This document shows positions 1 to 9,877 of a DNA stretch of 49,322 nucleotides, in pieces. Source of the stretch: Elusimicrobiota bacterium (GTDB lineage Bacteria; Elusimicrobiota; Elusimicrobia; UBA1565). The translations under genes were made by a program, and so were the position numbers. The notes below the pieces were generated by a model, which was given only the letters and a program-made list of their open reading frames with translations, made no database searches and was not told where the DNA came from. The DNA lies in contig JBDREN010000013.1 of assembly GCA_043819795.1 (NCBI GenBank), positions 1 to 49,322 of the forward strand, read 5' to 3'. Numbering within the stretch: position 1 is the first letter of the stretch; each line of letters opens with the position of its first letter.

Positions 1-663
1 GCAGTCCGCGGCGAGCCGCTCCGTCGGGTTGTCGCCGATCGTATTGCTTTCCGGGTGATACGCGCTGATCGTCACATAGGGGTTGTAGAACACGTTGTCC
101 GCGATCTCGTTGTTGACGGCATAGGCCAGCGCCACGCCCACATACGGGAAATAGATGTGGTTTGAGACGATGGAATTGTGCATGCTCGCCTCGCTGTACG
201 CGCTCACCTGGATCCCGTACGTCGCATACACTGTGTTCCGCGCGAACGCGCCGTAGTGGATGTTATCGTTCAGATAGATGCCGCGGTCCGAGGCATGGAT
301 GGTGTTGTCCACGATCTCCAGGTTGCGGATGCCGCCGGCGTAGCCGCTGCCCCAGATGCCGTTCTCGAATCCGCTGATGGCGCAGTTCTTCACCTGCATC
401 CCGCTCGCGAATTTCAGCAAAGTCACGCCGTTGCTCGTCCCGCTCCCGGCGATCGCGTGCCCCGCGCAGTCGAGGGATACGTCGTTCGTTCCGAGGGTGA
501 ATCCGCCCGCGCAGAACTGATAGTCCCTGGTCAAGGTCGTGGACGCCGTCAAGGTGATGGGCTGCTCGCAGGCGGCCGCGTCCGTCGCGGCTCCGGCCAG
601 CAAGAAGGCCGCGCAGGCGGCGGCGGTCGTGCAATTTAAATTGAAAGGTTTCGGGTTTCTCAT
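1..663 (-). CDS. Secreted right-handed parallel beta-helix (pectin-lyase/NosD-like) protein, runs off the left edge
   Basis: Not in the ORF track. Manual translation from ATG 663 gives MRNPKPFNLNCTTAAACAAFLLAGAATDAAACEQPITLT...VSLDCAGHAIAG...VKNCAISGFENGIW...IVDNTIHASDRGIYL..., open to base 1. Signal-peptide-like N-terminus, N-x-I/G-I-x-L beta-helix periodicity, GGAG RBS upstream. Confidence 0.8.
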   Translation of the reverse strand, partial: MRNPKPFNLNCTTAAACAAFLLAGAATDAAACEQPITLTASTTLTRDYQFCAGGFTLGTNDVSLDCAGHAIAGSGTSNGVTLLKFASGMQVKNCAISGFENGIWGSGYAGGIRNLEIVDNTIHASDRGIYLNDNIHYGAFARNTVYATYGIQVSAYSEASMHNSIVSNHIYFPYVGVALAYAVNNEIADNVFYNPYVTISAYHPESNTIGDNPTERLAADC

Positions 664-1107
664 GGGACCCCTCCGGACTGCTCGATCTGGGACGTCTTTA
701 CTAAGTGTAGACCCCGCCCGCCCCCCTGTCAAGCGATAGCCCGATGCCGGCTCCGTCAACGGCGATGTGACTTTAGTCACACCCGGGATCCGGCCTCGGC
801 CCGACGGACCCGGGAAGCATGCCGCCCCCCCCCAGCCATGATTGGGGGTGATGGGAACCGGGTCGGCGGCCCAGGTCCGGACCGGCGGGGTTTGTCGGAG
901 GCCCGCCCTGGCTTGCAGCGGGCCGAGACCAAAGCGGCTCCCTCCGGGCGACCGCGTCCCCGCCGTCCGGTGCCTGGGGCAGGACCCGCCGACCTCTCAA
1001 AAACGCTTACCGTAGGTTTTGGCGCGTCCCCGATGGATAGGCGCTGGCCCTGCGACGGCATTCCCCCTCTGGCGCGCCGGGCGCCGAGCGGCTATCATTA
1101 ATGGACG

Positions 1108-2862
1108 ATGACTGCGAATACCCGGCCGAAGGTCCTCCTGAGCTCCGCCTACGGGCCCTACGCGCTCGGGGCGGGCGAGAGCATGCACGACATGTTCGCC
1201 TCCCGGCTCTCCCGGGGGCAGGGCGTCTTCTCGATGAGCTCGCACTGCCATTACTTCGGGCTGCACCTGATCGCCGAGAACATCGACTGCCCGGCCACCG
1301 TGCTCGAGGACCCGCACCTCGACGAGTTCGAGGCCGAGCTCGCCGAGGGCTACGACTATGTCGCTTTCCAGCTCAAGAGCATCCACACCGAGCGCGTCGC
1401 GCGGATGATCCGGCTGACCCGCGTCAGGTCCCCCCGCTCGAAGATCGTCGTGGGCGGCTACGGCGTGGGAACGCTCGAAGACGGGGTCCCCGGGGACGCG
1501 GGCGGCAGCGCCGGATATATCCTCGAAAACGCGCACCACTTCTGCCGGGAGGACGGGGTGCGGTTCATACGCCGGCTCCTGGGCGACGGAGCGCAGGACA
1601 GGCCCATCACCCAGGACCACCTGCCTTTCGCCGGGTTCTCGCTGCGCGGCTTCTCGAGGCGCTATTTCCGCGTGCCCACGATCCTGGTGTCTTTGGGGTG
1701 CCCGTACGGATGCGACTTCTGCAATACGAGCGCGTCCTTCCGGCGCAAGAAGACGCGGATCGCCGAGCCCGGCGAGGTCCACGCGCTTATGAAGCGCCAC
1801 GCCCGGCGACTGCGCACCGGGACGTTCATGACGCTGCTCTTCGACGAGGACCTCTTCCAGGACCCGGAGTACGTCCGCGAGCTCGGCCGCCTCATCCGCG
1901 CGGACCGCTCCGGCTGGGGCTTCAAATGGTTCTCGTTCGGGAGCGTCCGGTCGCTCTCCCGCTTCGATCCCGAGGAGCTGCGCGACTGCGGCTGTTTCGC
2001 CGTCTGGATCGGCGTGGAGTCCGCCCTGTGCGCCGACCGCGAGCGCGCCGGGGACCAGTTCCTGGGCAAGCGGGTCGGGGACATCGAGCGGATCTTCCGG
2101 GGACTGCACGCCAACGGCATCGCGACCGTGGCGTCCATGGCGGTGGGCTTCGACTTCCACGACCGCGAGACCGTCGAACGGGACCTGGACTTCCTGCTCC
2201 GGCTCGAGCCGACCTTCTACCAGGTCGCCCCCCTGGTCCCGTGTCCCGGGACGGAGCTCTATCGCCGGCTCAAAGGAGAGGGCCGCCTTCACGACGGCTA
2301 CCGCTGGGAGGACTTCCACCTCTGGGGCAAGGCCATGTTCCGCCCCAAAAGCCTCGCGCGCGAGGAAGTGTCCGAATTCGTGGCCCTCGCCCATGAGCGG
2401 CTGACCCAAGAACTCGGCCCCCCCTTCCTGCGCCTGATGGAAAACTACCTCAGCGCCTACGAACGGCTCGCCGGGAGCGAGGACGACTTCCACCGGCGGC
2501 TGCGCGGCTTCTTCAAGGCGATCGCCAAGTACGACCGCTGCACCCTGCGGCCCATCATGAAGCTCGGGGCTTCAAAGGCGGTACGGGAGCGGGCGGCCGA
2601 GCTCGAGCGCCGCTGCCTCGAGATCCTGGGCGAGGGATCGCTTTGGGATCGATTCCTCGCCGCGACGGCCGACTGGTGCCTGAGCCGCGCCGCGCGGAAG
2701 GCCGGGCCGAACGGGAAGCCCGCGTCGCCCGCCTGCGATCCCCCGGCGAGATGGACGTATTACCACAGCCGGCCCGGCTCGGACGCGGTCTACGTGCGCA
2801 AAGGGCACGGCCCGGGCAGGGCCAAGAAGCGCCCGAGCAAGTTTCTCGGCCCCCTCGGTTAG
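1108..2862 (+). CDS. Radical SAM protein with N-terminal cobalamin-binding-like domain
   Basis: CxxxCxxC motif GCPYGCDFC; KIVVGG, IGVES and P-x-PGT motifs typical of B12-radical SAM proteins. Confidence 0.85.
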   Translation: MTANTRPKVLLSSAYGPYALGAGESMHDMFASRLSRGQGVFSMSSHCHYFGLHLIAENIDCPATVLEDPHLDEFEAELAEGYDYVAFQLKSIHTERVARMIRLTRVRSPRSKIVVGGYGVGTLEDGVPGDAGGSAGYILENAHHFCREDGVRFIRRLLGDGAQDRPITQDHLPFAGFSLRGFSRRYFRVPTILVSLGCPYGCDFCNTSASFRRKKTRIAEPGEVHALMKRHARRLRTGTFMTLLFDEDLFQDPEYVRELGRLIRADRSGWGFKWFSFGSVRSLSRFDPEELRDCGCFAVWIGVESALCADRERAGDQFLGKRVGDIERIFRGLHANGIATVASMAVGFDFHDRETVERDLDFLLRLEPTFYQVAPLVPCPGTELYRRLKGEGRLHDGYRWEDFHLWGKAMFRPKSLAREEVSEFVALAHERLTQELGPPFLRLMENYLSAYERLAGSEDDFHRRLRGFFKAIAKYDRCTLRPIMKLGASKAVRERAAELERRCLEILGEGSLWDRFLAATADWCLSRAARKAGPNGKPASPACDPPARWTYYHSRPGSDAVYVRKGHGPGRAKKRPSKFLGPLG

Positions 2863-2866
2863 CTCC

Positions 2867-3059
2867 GAGAACCGGTACCCGGTACCCGTTTTGAGAACCG
2901 GTACCCGGTACCCGTTTTGCGTCCGCCGGACAGTTACTCAAAGAACGACTGGCCGGTACCTGGTACCGGTTTCCCAGGACGGTCGTTTTATTGAGTAACC
3001 CGACAAGTTACTCAAAGAAACCGGCAATCGGTGCCTGGTACCTTGGGGGAGTTACTCAA
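2867..3059. repeat. REP-like palindromic repeat cluster
   Basis: Exact 26-bp tandem duplication GAGAACCGGTACCCGGTACCCGTTTT (2867-2892, 2893-2918). Four GGTRCCYGGTACC motifs. GTTACTCAA four times (2933, 3007, 3051, inverted at 2991-2999). Confidence 0.8.
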
Positions 3060-3081
3060 TATTGGGGCGGGCTGGGGCCTC

Positions 3082-3110
3082 TTGACAACCTATCCGAGGC
3101 CGCTTACTAT
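3082..3110 (+). promoter_or_regulatory. sigma70-type promoter
   Basis: TTGACA (3082-3087), 17 nt, TACTAT (3105-3110). Confidence 0.75.
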
Positions 3111-3154
3111 TGATGCAGGACGCGCGCCGGACGGCGACAAGGAGGTGACGATCC

Positions 3155-3304
3155 GTGCCCAAGAAGAAGGCGAAAGGCGACAAGAGCGGCATCCCCGCGA
3201 ACATCTTCCAGCCCCGGGACGGCTTCGAGCAAACCATGCGGCAGAGGCTGGCGACCGAGCCGCCGAAAAAGGCCCAGAAGCGCAAGAAGGTCAAGAAGAG
3301 GTAG
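3155..3304 (+). CDS. Small Lys/Arg-rich protein, 49 aa (MPKKKAKGDKSGIPANIFQPRDGFEQTMRQRLATEPPKKAQKRKKVKKR)
   Basis: GTG start behind a strong SD (AAGGAGGTGA) and the consensus promoter; GC-rich third codon positions; below the ORF-track size cutoff. Confidence 0.75.
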   Translation: MPKKKAKGDKSGIPANIFQPRDGFEQTMRQRLATEPPKKAQKRKKVKKR

Positions 3305-3316
3305 GCCGGCCAGGGC

Positions 3317-3799
3317 TCATGAAATGGTCTTCTTGAGGGAATAAGCCTTCTCCTCCGGAGTACGCCCCTCCTCTTCCTTGAATCGGACGTAACCCATCGA
3401 TTCATACAGCTTGATCGCCCTCAGATTCGCCCTATCGACCCCTAAAGTCAGCGTTTTGATCCCCTTCTCTTTCGCGAGGGTCTCGATGGATCCGACCATC
3501 TCCCGTCCGATGCCTCTGCGTTGCATCTCTTTTCTCACTTCGAGGTCGTGGATGTGGGCTATGTCCCCGCCGTTCGCGAGCTCCGGGTCACCGTCAGCGT
3601 TCTTGTAGACCAGCTGAATCATCGCGAGGGGCTCATCCTTCTCGAACTTTACATAGAAGTCCCGATTGCCACCCGATTCATCCAGCTCTCGAAGAAGGCG
3701 CCTCCTCGATCTCAATCGTTCATCCCTTGTATCCAAGCGCGTATACGCGATGTCCGTCAAGACGTTGATGTCGTTCTTGCTCGCCAGCCTCTTCATCAT
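3317..3799 (-). CDS. GNAT family N-acetyltransferase
   Basis: Motif A (LEVRKEMQRRGIG) and N-x-x-A-x-x-LY-x-x-x-G-Y. Confidence 0.85.
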   Translation of the reverse strand: MMKRLASKNDINVLTDIAYTRLDTRDERLRSRRRLLRELDESGGNRDFYVKFEKDEPLAMIQLVYKNADGDPELANGGDIAHIHDLEVRKEMQRRGIGREMVGSIETLAKEKGIKTLTLGVDRANLRAIKLYESMGYVRFKEEEGRTPEEKAYSLKKTIS

Positions 3800-3885
3800 C
3801 AGCGGCGGGGGATATTCCAGGGTACGGCGGGCTCCGCGAAGCGGCGTCCCATGCCGCCTCTTCGCCGGGTCAATGGGATAGGCTC

Positions 3886-4986
3886 TCAGTGGGCGGTCAG
3901 GCTCTCGCCCGTCGCGGGGTCGAAATAATGGAACCGGCTCGGATTGAAGCGGAGCGTCACGACGCCTCCCGGCTTGGGCTCGTCGTCCGGACCGGCGCTC
4001 GCCACGATCTTCAAGTCCCCCTTCTCGCAGTGAAGGAACGACTCGGAGCCGCGCGGCTCCACGGTGTCGAGCTCCACGCGCCCGAAGCCTTCCTCCCCGT
4101 GCGTCTCACCCGCGTGGTACCGGACGTCGTGGGGACGGCAGCCGAGAGTGATCTTCTTCGGCCCTGACGCCAGCTTCTTGCGCGCCTTCTCCGGGACCGC
4201 GGCCGAGAAAAGCTCCGTCCGGACGTGGAGCTCGTCCCCCTTCGATCGGAGGGCGGCCTCGAAGAAGTTCATCTGCGGGGACCCGATGAAGCCCGCCACG
4301 AAGATGTTCTTGGGCTCCCGGTAGAGCTTGATCGGCGGGCCCAGCTGCTGGATCTTGCTCTCGTGCAGCACGGCGATCTTCTGGCCCAGGGTCAGAGCCT
4401 CGACCTGGTCGTGGGTGACGTAGAAGATCGTCTTCTTGACCAGCCGGTGCAGCTTGGAGATCTCGACGCGCAGCTGCGCCCGGAGCTTGGCGTCGAGGTT
4501 GCTCAGGGGCTCGTCGAAGAGGTAGACCTCGGGGCTCTTCACGATGGCCCGCCCGGTCGCCACGCGCTGCCTTTGCCCGCCCGAAAGCTGCCCCGGCTTC
4601 TTCCGCATCAGGGGCTCGAGCTCGAGGATCTTCGCCGCGAAGGACACCCTCTTGGCGATCTCCTCGCGGTCGAGCCTCTTGATCCTCAGCCCCAGCGAGA
4701 TGTTCTCCTCGACGGTCATGTGGGGATAGAGGGCGTAGTCCTGGAACACCATGGCCACGTTCCGGTCCTTGGGGTGGAGGCGGGTCACGTTCCGGTCGCC
4801 GATGAAGATGTTCCCGTCGGTCACGGACTCGAGCCCGGCCAGCATCCTGAGGCTGGTGGTCTTGCCGCACCCGGAAGGCCCGACGAGGACGACGAACTCC
4901 CCCTCTTTGGCCTCGAGGTCCATCCGGTCCACGACGGTGAGGTCGCCGAACCGCTTGGTCACGTTCTCAAATCGGACTTCCGCCAT
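3886..4986 (-). CDS. Sugar ABC transporter ATP-binding subunit (MalK/MsmX type)
   Basis: GPSGCGKT, LSGGQRQR, DEPLSNLDAKLR, YVTHDQ, GFIGSP. Confidence 0.95.
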   Translation of the reverse strand: MAEVRFENVTKRFGDLTVVDRMDLEAKEGEFVVLVGPSGCGKTTSLRMLAGLESVTDGNIFIGDRNVTRLHPKDRNVAMVFQDYALYPHMTVEENISLGLRIKRLDREEIAKRVSFAAKILELEPLMRKKPGQLSGGQRQRVATGRAIVKSPEVYLFDEPLSNLDAKLRAQLRVEISKLHRLVKKTIFYVTHDQVEALTLGQKIAVLHESKIQQLGPPIKLYREPKNIFVAGFIGSPQMNFFEAALRSKGDELHVRTELFSAAVPEKARKKLASGPKKITLGCRPHDVRYHAGETHGEEGFGRVELDTVEPRGSESFLHCEKGDLKIVASAGPDDEPKPGGVVTLRFNPSRFHYFDPATGESLTAH

Positions 4987-4995
4987 AAAAACCCC

Positions 4996-5829
4996 CTACT
5001 TGAGCCCCGTCGTCGCGATACCCTGGATGAAGTACCTCTGGAAGATGATGAAAACGACGATCACGGGAGCCGTGATGAACATGGTCCCGGCCATGACGAC
5101 GTTCCAGAACGTGTAGTACTGCCCCTGGAAGGAGTTCAGGCCCACCGGGAGCGTGAACATCTCGGGGGTCGAAAGGAGCATGGCCGGCCACATGAAGCTG
5201 TTCCAGTTGCCCAGGAACATGAAGATCGCCTGCGCCGCCATGGCGGGCTTGGCGATGGGCAGGATGATCCGGAAGAAGGTCTGGAAGGGACCCATGCCGT
5301 CGAGGGTGGCCGCCTCCTCGAGCGATTTGGGGACGCTCAGGAAGAACTGCCTCATCAGGAACACGCCGAAGGTGCTCGTCAAGAACGGGATCGTGAGAGC
5401 GTAGTAGGTGTCCACCCAGCCCAGCTTCGACATCATGATGAACACGGGGACGATGATGACCTGCCCGGGGATCATCATCGTGCCGATGATGACCCAGAAG
5501 AGGCTCTTGCTGCCGGGGAACTTCAGGCGCGCCAGGGCGTAGCCCGCCATGGAGTTGAGATAGACGTTGGCCAGGGTGACCACCCCGGCGATGACCAGGC
5601 TGTTGATGAGCCAGCGCACGAACGGCAGCTTCTGCAGGATGTAGCGGTAGTTGTCGAGCGTGAAGGGGTTCGGGATCAGGGTGGGCGGCCAGAGGTCCAC
5701 CGTGTCCGCGGTCTTGAAGGAGGCGGACAGCGACCACAGGAAGGGGCCGAGGGTCAGGCACGCGTAGCCGATCAGGACGGCGTAGAGCAGGAACCGGCCC
5801 CGCCCGCTCGCCGAGGAGGGAGCAGCCAT
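4996..5829 (-). CDS. Carbohydrate ABC permease (MalG-like)
   Basis: EAA loop (LEEAATLDG), WNSFMWP, QRYFIQG. The start is ATG 5829, overlapping the upstream TGA. Confidence 0.92.
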   Translation of the reverse strand: MAAPSSASGRGRFLLYAVLIGYACLTLGPFLWSLSASFKTADTVDLWPPTLIPNPFTLDNYRYILQKLPFVRWLINSLVIAGVVTLANVYLNSMAGYALARLKFPGSKSLFWVIIGTMMIPGQVIIVPVFIMMSKLGWVDTYYALTIPFLTSTFGVFLMRQFFLSVPKSLEEAATLDGMGPFQTFFRIILPIAKPAMAAQAIFMFLGNWNSFMWPAMLLSTPEMFTLPVGLNSFQGQYYTFWNVVMAGTMFITAPVIVVFIIFQRYFIQGIATTGLK

Positions 5830-6713
5830 CAGCCCTTCTCCTCCCGGAAGAACAGCTTCTGGACCACGGACATGAGGAAGATGACCGCGAAGAGCATGAA
5901 CGCCATGGCCGAGGCGTAGCCCATCTCGAAATGCTTGAACGCGGACTTGAACAGGTAGAGCACGACCGTCATCGTGGAGTCCAGGGGGCCGCCCTCGCCC
6001 TTCGTGATCACGTAGAACGTGTCGAAGGCCTGGAAGGTCCCGATCGTGGACATGATCATGACGAAATAGGTCGTGTTCTTGAGAAGCGGCCAGGTGATGT
6101 AGCGGAACCTCTGGACCGTGTTGAGCCCGTCGAGGTCCGCGGCCTCGAACACGGACTCGGGGATGTCCTGCAGGCCGGCGAGGTAGACGATCATGAAGTT
6201 GCCGACGGTCGTCCAGACCGCGATCGCCATGATGGCCGGCAGCGCGAAGGTCATGCTGTTGAGCCAGTCCGCCCCGGGTATGCCCACCAGCGAGAGGAAG
6301 TAGTTGAGCAGGCCCGTCTTGGAGTAGATCCACATGAACATGAAGGACACGGCGACCGAGGAGGTCACCGTGGGCAGGAAGAAGGCCACGCGGAAGAACG
6401 TCTTGCCCGCGATCTTCGAGTTCACGCAGATGGCCAGCAGGCAGGCGATGATCATCTGGGTCGGCACGACCCCCAGGGAGTAGACGGCGGTGTTCTTCAT
6501 CGCCCTCAGGAACGTCTCGTCCCGGAAGAGGTCCAGGTAGTTGCCGAACCAGACGAACCGGGAGTGATCCGGGGCCATGAAGGAGAACTGGTGGAAGCTG
6601 ATGTACAGCGCGTAGAGCAGCGGCCCCAGCAGGAAGATTCCCAAAGACAGCAGCACGGGCAGCAGGAAGATGTAGGCGGCCCAGATCTCGAGGCGCGTCC
6701 TATCCTGCGTCAC
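5829..6713 (-). CDS. Carbohydrate ABC permease (MalF-like)
   Basis: YLAGLQDIP..FEAADLDG..RFRYITWP, GYASAMA. Confidence 0.92.
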   Translation of the reverse strand: MTQDRTRLEIWAAYIFLLPVLLSLGIFLLGPLLYALYISFHQFSFMAPDHSRFVWFGNYLDLFRDETFLRAMKNTAVYSLGVVPTQMIIACLLAICVNSKIAGKTFFRVAFFLPTVTSSVAVSFMFMWIYSKTGLLNYFLSLVGIPGADWLNSMTFALPAIMAIAVWTTVGNFMIVYLAGLQDIPESVFEAADLDGLNTVQRFRYITWPLLKNTTYFVMIMSTIGTFQAFDTFYVITKGEGGPLDSTMTVVLYLFKSAFKHFEMGYASAMAFMLFAVIFLMSVVQKLFFREEKG

Positions 6714-7957
6714 GGGCGCGCCTCCGTCTCGTAGAAGCGCTCCAGCTTCTCCGAGGCCCTCTCGAGGGCCTCGTCGAACGGGAGCTGCCGCATGCGCCGG
6801 GCCTCCACGGCCTTGACGATCTCCTCCATGAGGCGGTTGCCCTCGATCCCGTACCGGAAGGGCACGGCGTGGTCGACGGCGTCGATGAACGGCTTGCGCT
6901 CGGGGAACCGGGCCAGGAAATCCTTCCGGACGACCGACTTGCGCGAGGGGATCTCCAGGCCCAGCTTGGAGACGTGCATCAGCCCCTTAGGCCCGGTCAG
7001 GTAGTGCACCAGCGAGAAGGCCTCCTTCTTGTGCTTGGAGCGCGAGCTGAGCACGTAGGCGACGGTGAATATGATGTTGTAGTCCCGCTCCTTGCGGGGG
7101 ATGGGCGCCACCCCGTAGCGAAGCGCGGAGGACCGCATCTGGAGGTACGGCGTGACCCACATCCCCTCCATGATCATGGCCGTCTGGCTCTTGGCGAAGA
7201 CGTCCCCGGTCCAGGCCCCGCCGAAATGCTGGGGGAGCTTGGCGAAGCCGCTCTCCTCGTCGAACAGGCCCAGGAGCGCGGCGAGGCCCTCGCGGCTCGG
7301 CGGGTCCAGGAAGGCGATCCTCTTCTGGCGCTCCAGCAGCTCCCCTCCCCAGAGGCCCGCGAAGAGATGGATCGTCTTCAGGTCGGTCGTCATGGACAGC
7401 GGGGAGACGCCGAGGGCGTCGAGCTTCCGGGAGGCGTCCAGGAGCTCCCGCCAGTCCCGCGGGGGCCGGCCGATCCCGGCCTTCTCGAACAGGTCCTTGT
7501 TGTAGTAGAGGGCCAAAGTGGAAAAGCCCTTGGGCAGCCCGTAAAGCCTGCCGTCCTCCCCTCGGAAGGTCTCGATGAGGTCCTCGTAATAGTCCGTCAG
7601 GTCGTCGCCGGCCTCCTCCAGGTATCCGTCCAACGGCGCCAGGACCCCGTAGTGGACCATCCTCGCGACGTCCTTGGAGTCTAAGTAGAAGATGTCGGGC
7701 TCGGTCCGGGAGGCGTAGAGCACCTGGATCTTCTGCATGTAGTCGCCCACGATGGGCTCGTACTTGATCTTGATGTCCGGGCGCAGGGACTCGAACTCGG
7801 CGAGCTGCGCCTCCAGGAGCCTCGTCTCCTCCGGGGAGGAGGACCAGCCGGAGATCCTGATGACCGTGCGGTCATCCCGGTCCCCGCCGCAGGCCGCGAA
7901 GAGAAGCGCGAAGGCGGCGGGCAGGCAGCGGCGGAGCCGGAGACGGGAGACGTTCAT
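6710..7957 (-). CDS. Sugar ABC substrate-binding lipoprotein
   Basis: ATG 7957 (ATGA overlap with the GH130 stop), lipobox LFAAC, LYYNKDLFEKAG, AMIMEGMW. Confidence 0.9.
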   Translation of the reverse strand: MNVSRLRLRRCLPAAFALLFAACGGDRDDRTVIRISGWSSSPEETRLLEAQLAEFESLRPDIKIKYEPIVGDYMQKIQVLYASRTEPDIFYLDSKDVARMVHYGVLAPLDGYLEEAGDDLTDYYEDLIETFRGEDGRLYGLPKGFSTLALYYNKDLFEKAGIGRPPRDWRELLDASRKLDALGVSPLSMTTDLKTIHLFAGLWGGELLERQKRIAFLDPPSREGLAALLGLFDEESGFAKLPQHFGGAWTGDVFAKSQTAMIMEGMWVTPYLQMRSSALRYGVAPIPRKERDYNIIFTVAYVLSSRSKHKKEAFSLVHYLTGPKGLMHVSKLGLEIPSRKSVVRKDFLARFPERKPFIDAVDHAVPFRYGIEGNRLMEEIVKAVEARRMRQLPFDEALERASEKLERFYETEARP

Positions 7958-8955
7958 TCCGGCCCGCCCTCGCCGGCGGGGCAGCCCTTGATATAAGCGA
8001 GCACTTCCTTCATGGATGCCGTGGCCATCGCCACGCGGGTGTCGGCCGCGCCGTAGTAGACGCGCAGCTCCCCGCGGGAGGCGTCGTGGAGCCAGCCGCA
8101 GGGGAAGACCACGTATTCCACATCCCCCTCCCGCTCGTAGGGGGCCTCCGGACCCATGACCCAGCCCGCGCTCCGGCGCAGGACCCGCCAAGGCTCATCG
8201 AGGTCCAGAAGCGCGAGGCCGACCCTGTAGAGCGAACCCGAGGCGGTCCGCTTCACGCCGTGGTAGAGGATCAGCCAGCCCTCCGGGGTCTCGAGCGGCT
8301 GGGCGCAAAGCCCGATCTTGCCCGCGTCCCACCAGGTGCCCTCCCGCGCCTCCATCACGATGCGCGAGCCCCCCCAGTGCCTGAGGTCCGGGGAGAACGA
8401 GATCCAGATGTGGGCCGGCCCGCCGGGATCGATCGTCGGCCGGTGGAGCATGGCCCAGCTCCCGCCGAAACGCCTGGGAAAAAGCGCCGCGTCCTTGTCG
8501 GAGGGGCGCAGGACGGGGCCCAGGCGCCGGAAGCGCTTGAAATCCTCGGTCACGGCCAAAGACACCAGCGGGCCCTGGCGGGAGACGGCGGTGTAGGCGA
8601 CGGCCCACTGCCCGCGTTCCTCAAGCCACGTGGCCCGCGGATCCTCGATGCCGAAGAGCTCCTCCGGGTGCCTCTCGGGGTCGGGCGCCAGGGTCGGGGA
8701 GGAGTCTATCTTCCAGCCGGTCGCGCCGTCACGGCTGCGGGCGGCCGTCAGGTGGGAGACCCCGGTATGGTCCTCCACGCGCGCCAGCAGGACGGTGGTC
8801 CCATTGACCCGCGCGGCGGCCGGATTGAATACCGAGTTGACCGGATACGGCCACATCCCGGCCGTGAGGACCGGGTTCTTGGGGTGCCTGCGGAAGAGGT
8901 CGGTCCCAGCCCGCCGGGTCCCGGCCTTCTTCCGGGCCGTCTTGGTCGCCGCCAT
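7954..8955 (-). CDS. GH130 family glycoside phosphorylase/hydrolase (beta-mannoside type)
   Basis: VFNPAA, GIEDPR, DKDAALFP, MLHRP, WLILYHGV, VVFPCG, YYGAADT. Confidence 0.9.
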   Translation of the reverse strand: MAATKTARKKAGTRRAGTDLFRRHPKNPVLTAGMWPYPVNSVFNPAAARVNGTTVLLARVEDHTGVSHLTAARSRDGATGWKIDSSPTLAPDPERHPEELFGIEDPRATWLEERGQWAVAYTAVSRQGPLVSLAVTEDFKRFRRLGPVLRPSDKDAALFPRRFGGSWAMLHRPTIDPGGPAHIWISFSPDLRHWGGSRIVMEAREGTWWDAGKIGLCAQPLETPEGWLILYHGVKRTASGSLYRVGLALLDLDEPWRVLRRSAGWVMGPEAPYEREGDVEYVVFPCGWLHDASRGELRVYYGAADTRVAMATASMKEVLAYIKGCPAGEGGPE

Positions 8956-9082
8956 GCCGATAGTCCGCTCCCACCACCCGCCAACGACCGGCTGTTGGCC
9001 CGACGGTCCGTGGATTATACTATGTTTCCCGGAAAGGGACAGGAAGGCCGGAGCGCCGCCCGGAGGGCGGAAAAAGGATGGC

Positions 9083-9877
9083 TTAGCGGCCTGAGAGCCG
9101 CCTTTCGAGATCCCGGGCCTTTGACGCGACGACGGGGACAGGCGATCCTTTCGCGGCGCGGACGAGGCGCGAAGCTTCCCGGGCCGCCATGCCGCCGGCC
9201 GGGCCGCGGGGATCCTCGGCCGTCCGCGCCGCCTGTCTCAGCGCGACCAGCGAGGGGTACGCCAGCGTGACCTCCGCGCCGATCCCCCGATGCCCGTCCG
9301 AGGGGCCGCCCTTGGTCGAGCAATCGCCCAGGCTCAGGCAGGGGGGCTCGCTTATCACCTCATGGAGGAACGCCCAGTCCTCTTCCGTCTTCAAGTTCCG
9401 GCCCAGTAGAAAGACGATGGTGCCGCGCTTGTTCCTGCCTTCCCGCGGGATGCTCCGGTATTTCTCCCTGAAGAGCCGCTTGGCCTCGGGCGATAGGTCG
9501 TTAAAATCGCTGTCCAGCCGGGGATCATTGTCGTCCTTGAGGGCCAGGATGTCCTCAAGGGTCCTGAGCTTGTCGGCGGGCGTGGGGAGCGCCGGGGCCT
9601 TGGGGGCCTCCGGAGCGGCCGGCGTCGCCGGGGACGGCTCCGCGGCGTCGTCGCGCGGAGCCGGGGACTCCGGGGCGTCGTCTTCCGGCCGGGCGCGGCG
9701 GGCGGCCCTGAGCGGCCTGCCCGCGGGCTTGCCGGGCTTCGCCGTTCTCGACGGCATGGATAGGGACTCCGATCTCGACTGCTCGGAGGGCTCTTCGGGG
9801 GACCGCAGGCGGCTCACTCCCCAGAACAGCAGAGCGAGCAGGACCGCGACTCCCGCGATCCAAGCCGCGGCTCTCAT
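9083..9877 (-). CDS. Hypothetical membrane-anchored protein
   Basis: N-terminal TM, Pro/Ala linker, helical C-terminal domain; ATG abuts the TAG of the upstream gene. Confidence 0.7.
   Translation of the reverse strand: MRAAAWIAGVAVLLALLFWGVSRLRSPEEPSEQSRSESLSMPSRTAKPGKPAGRPLRAARRARPEDDAPESPAPRDDAAEPSPATPAAPEAPKAPALPTPADKLRTLEDILALKDDNDPRLDSDFNDLSPEAKRLFREKYRSIPREGRNKRGTIVFLLGRNLKTEEDWAFLHEVISEPPCLSLGDCSTKGGPSDGHRGIGAEVTLAYPSLVALRQAARTAEDPRGPAGGMAAREASRLVRAAKGSPVPVVASKARDLERRLSGR

Noticed and set aside
2867..3059. CRISPR array
   Set aside because: Repeats are adjacent or inverted with no regular unique spacers, and there are no cas genes.
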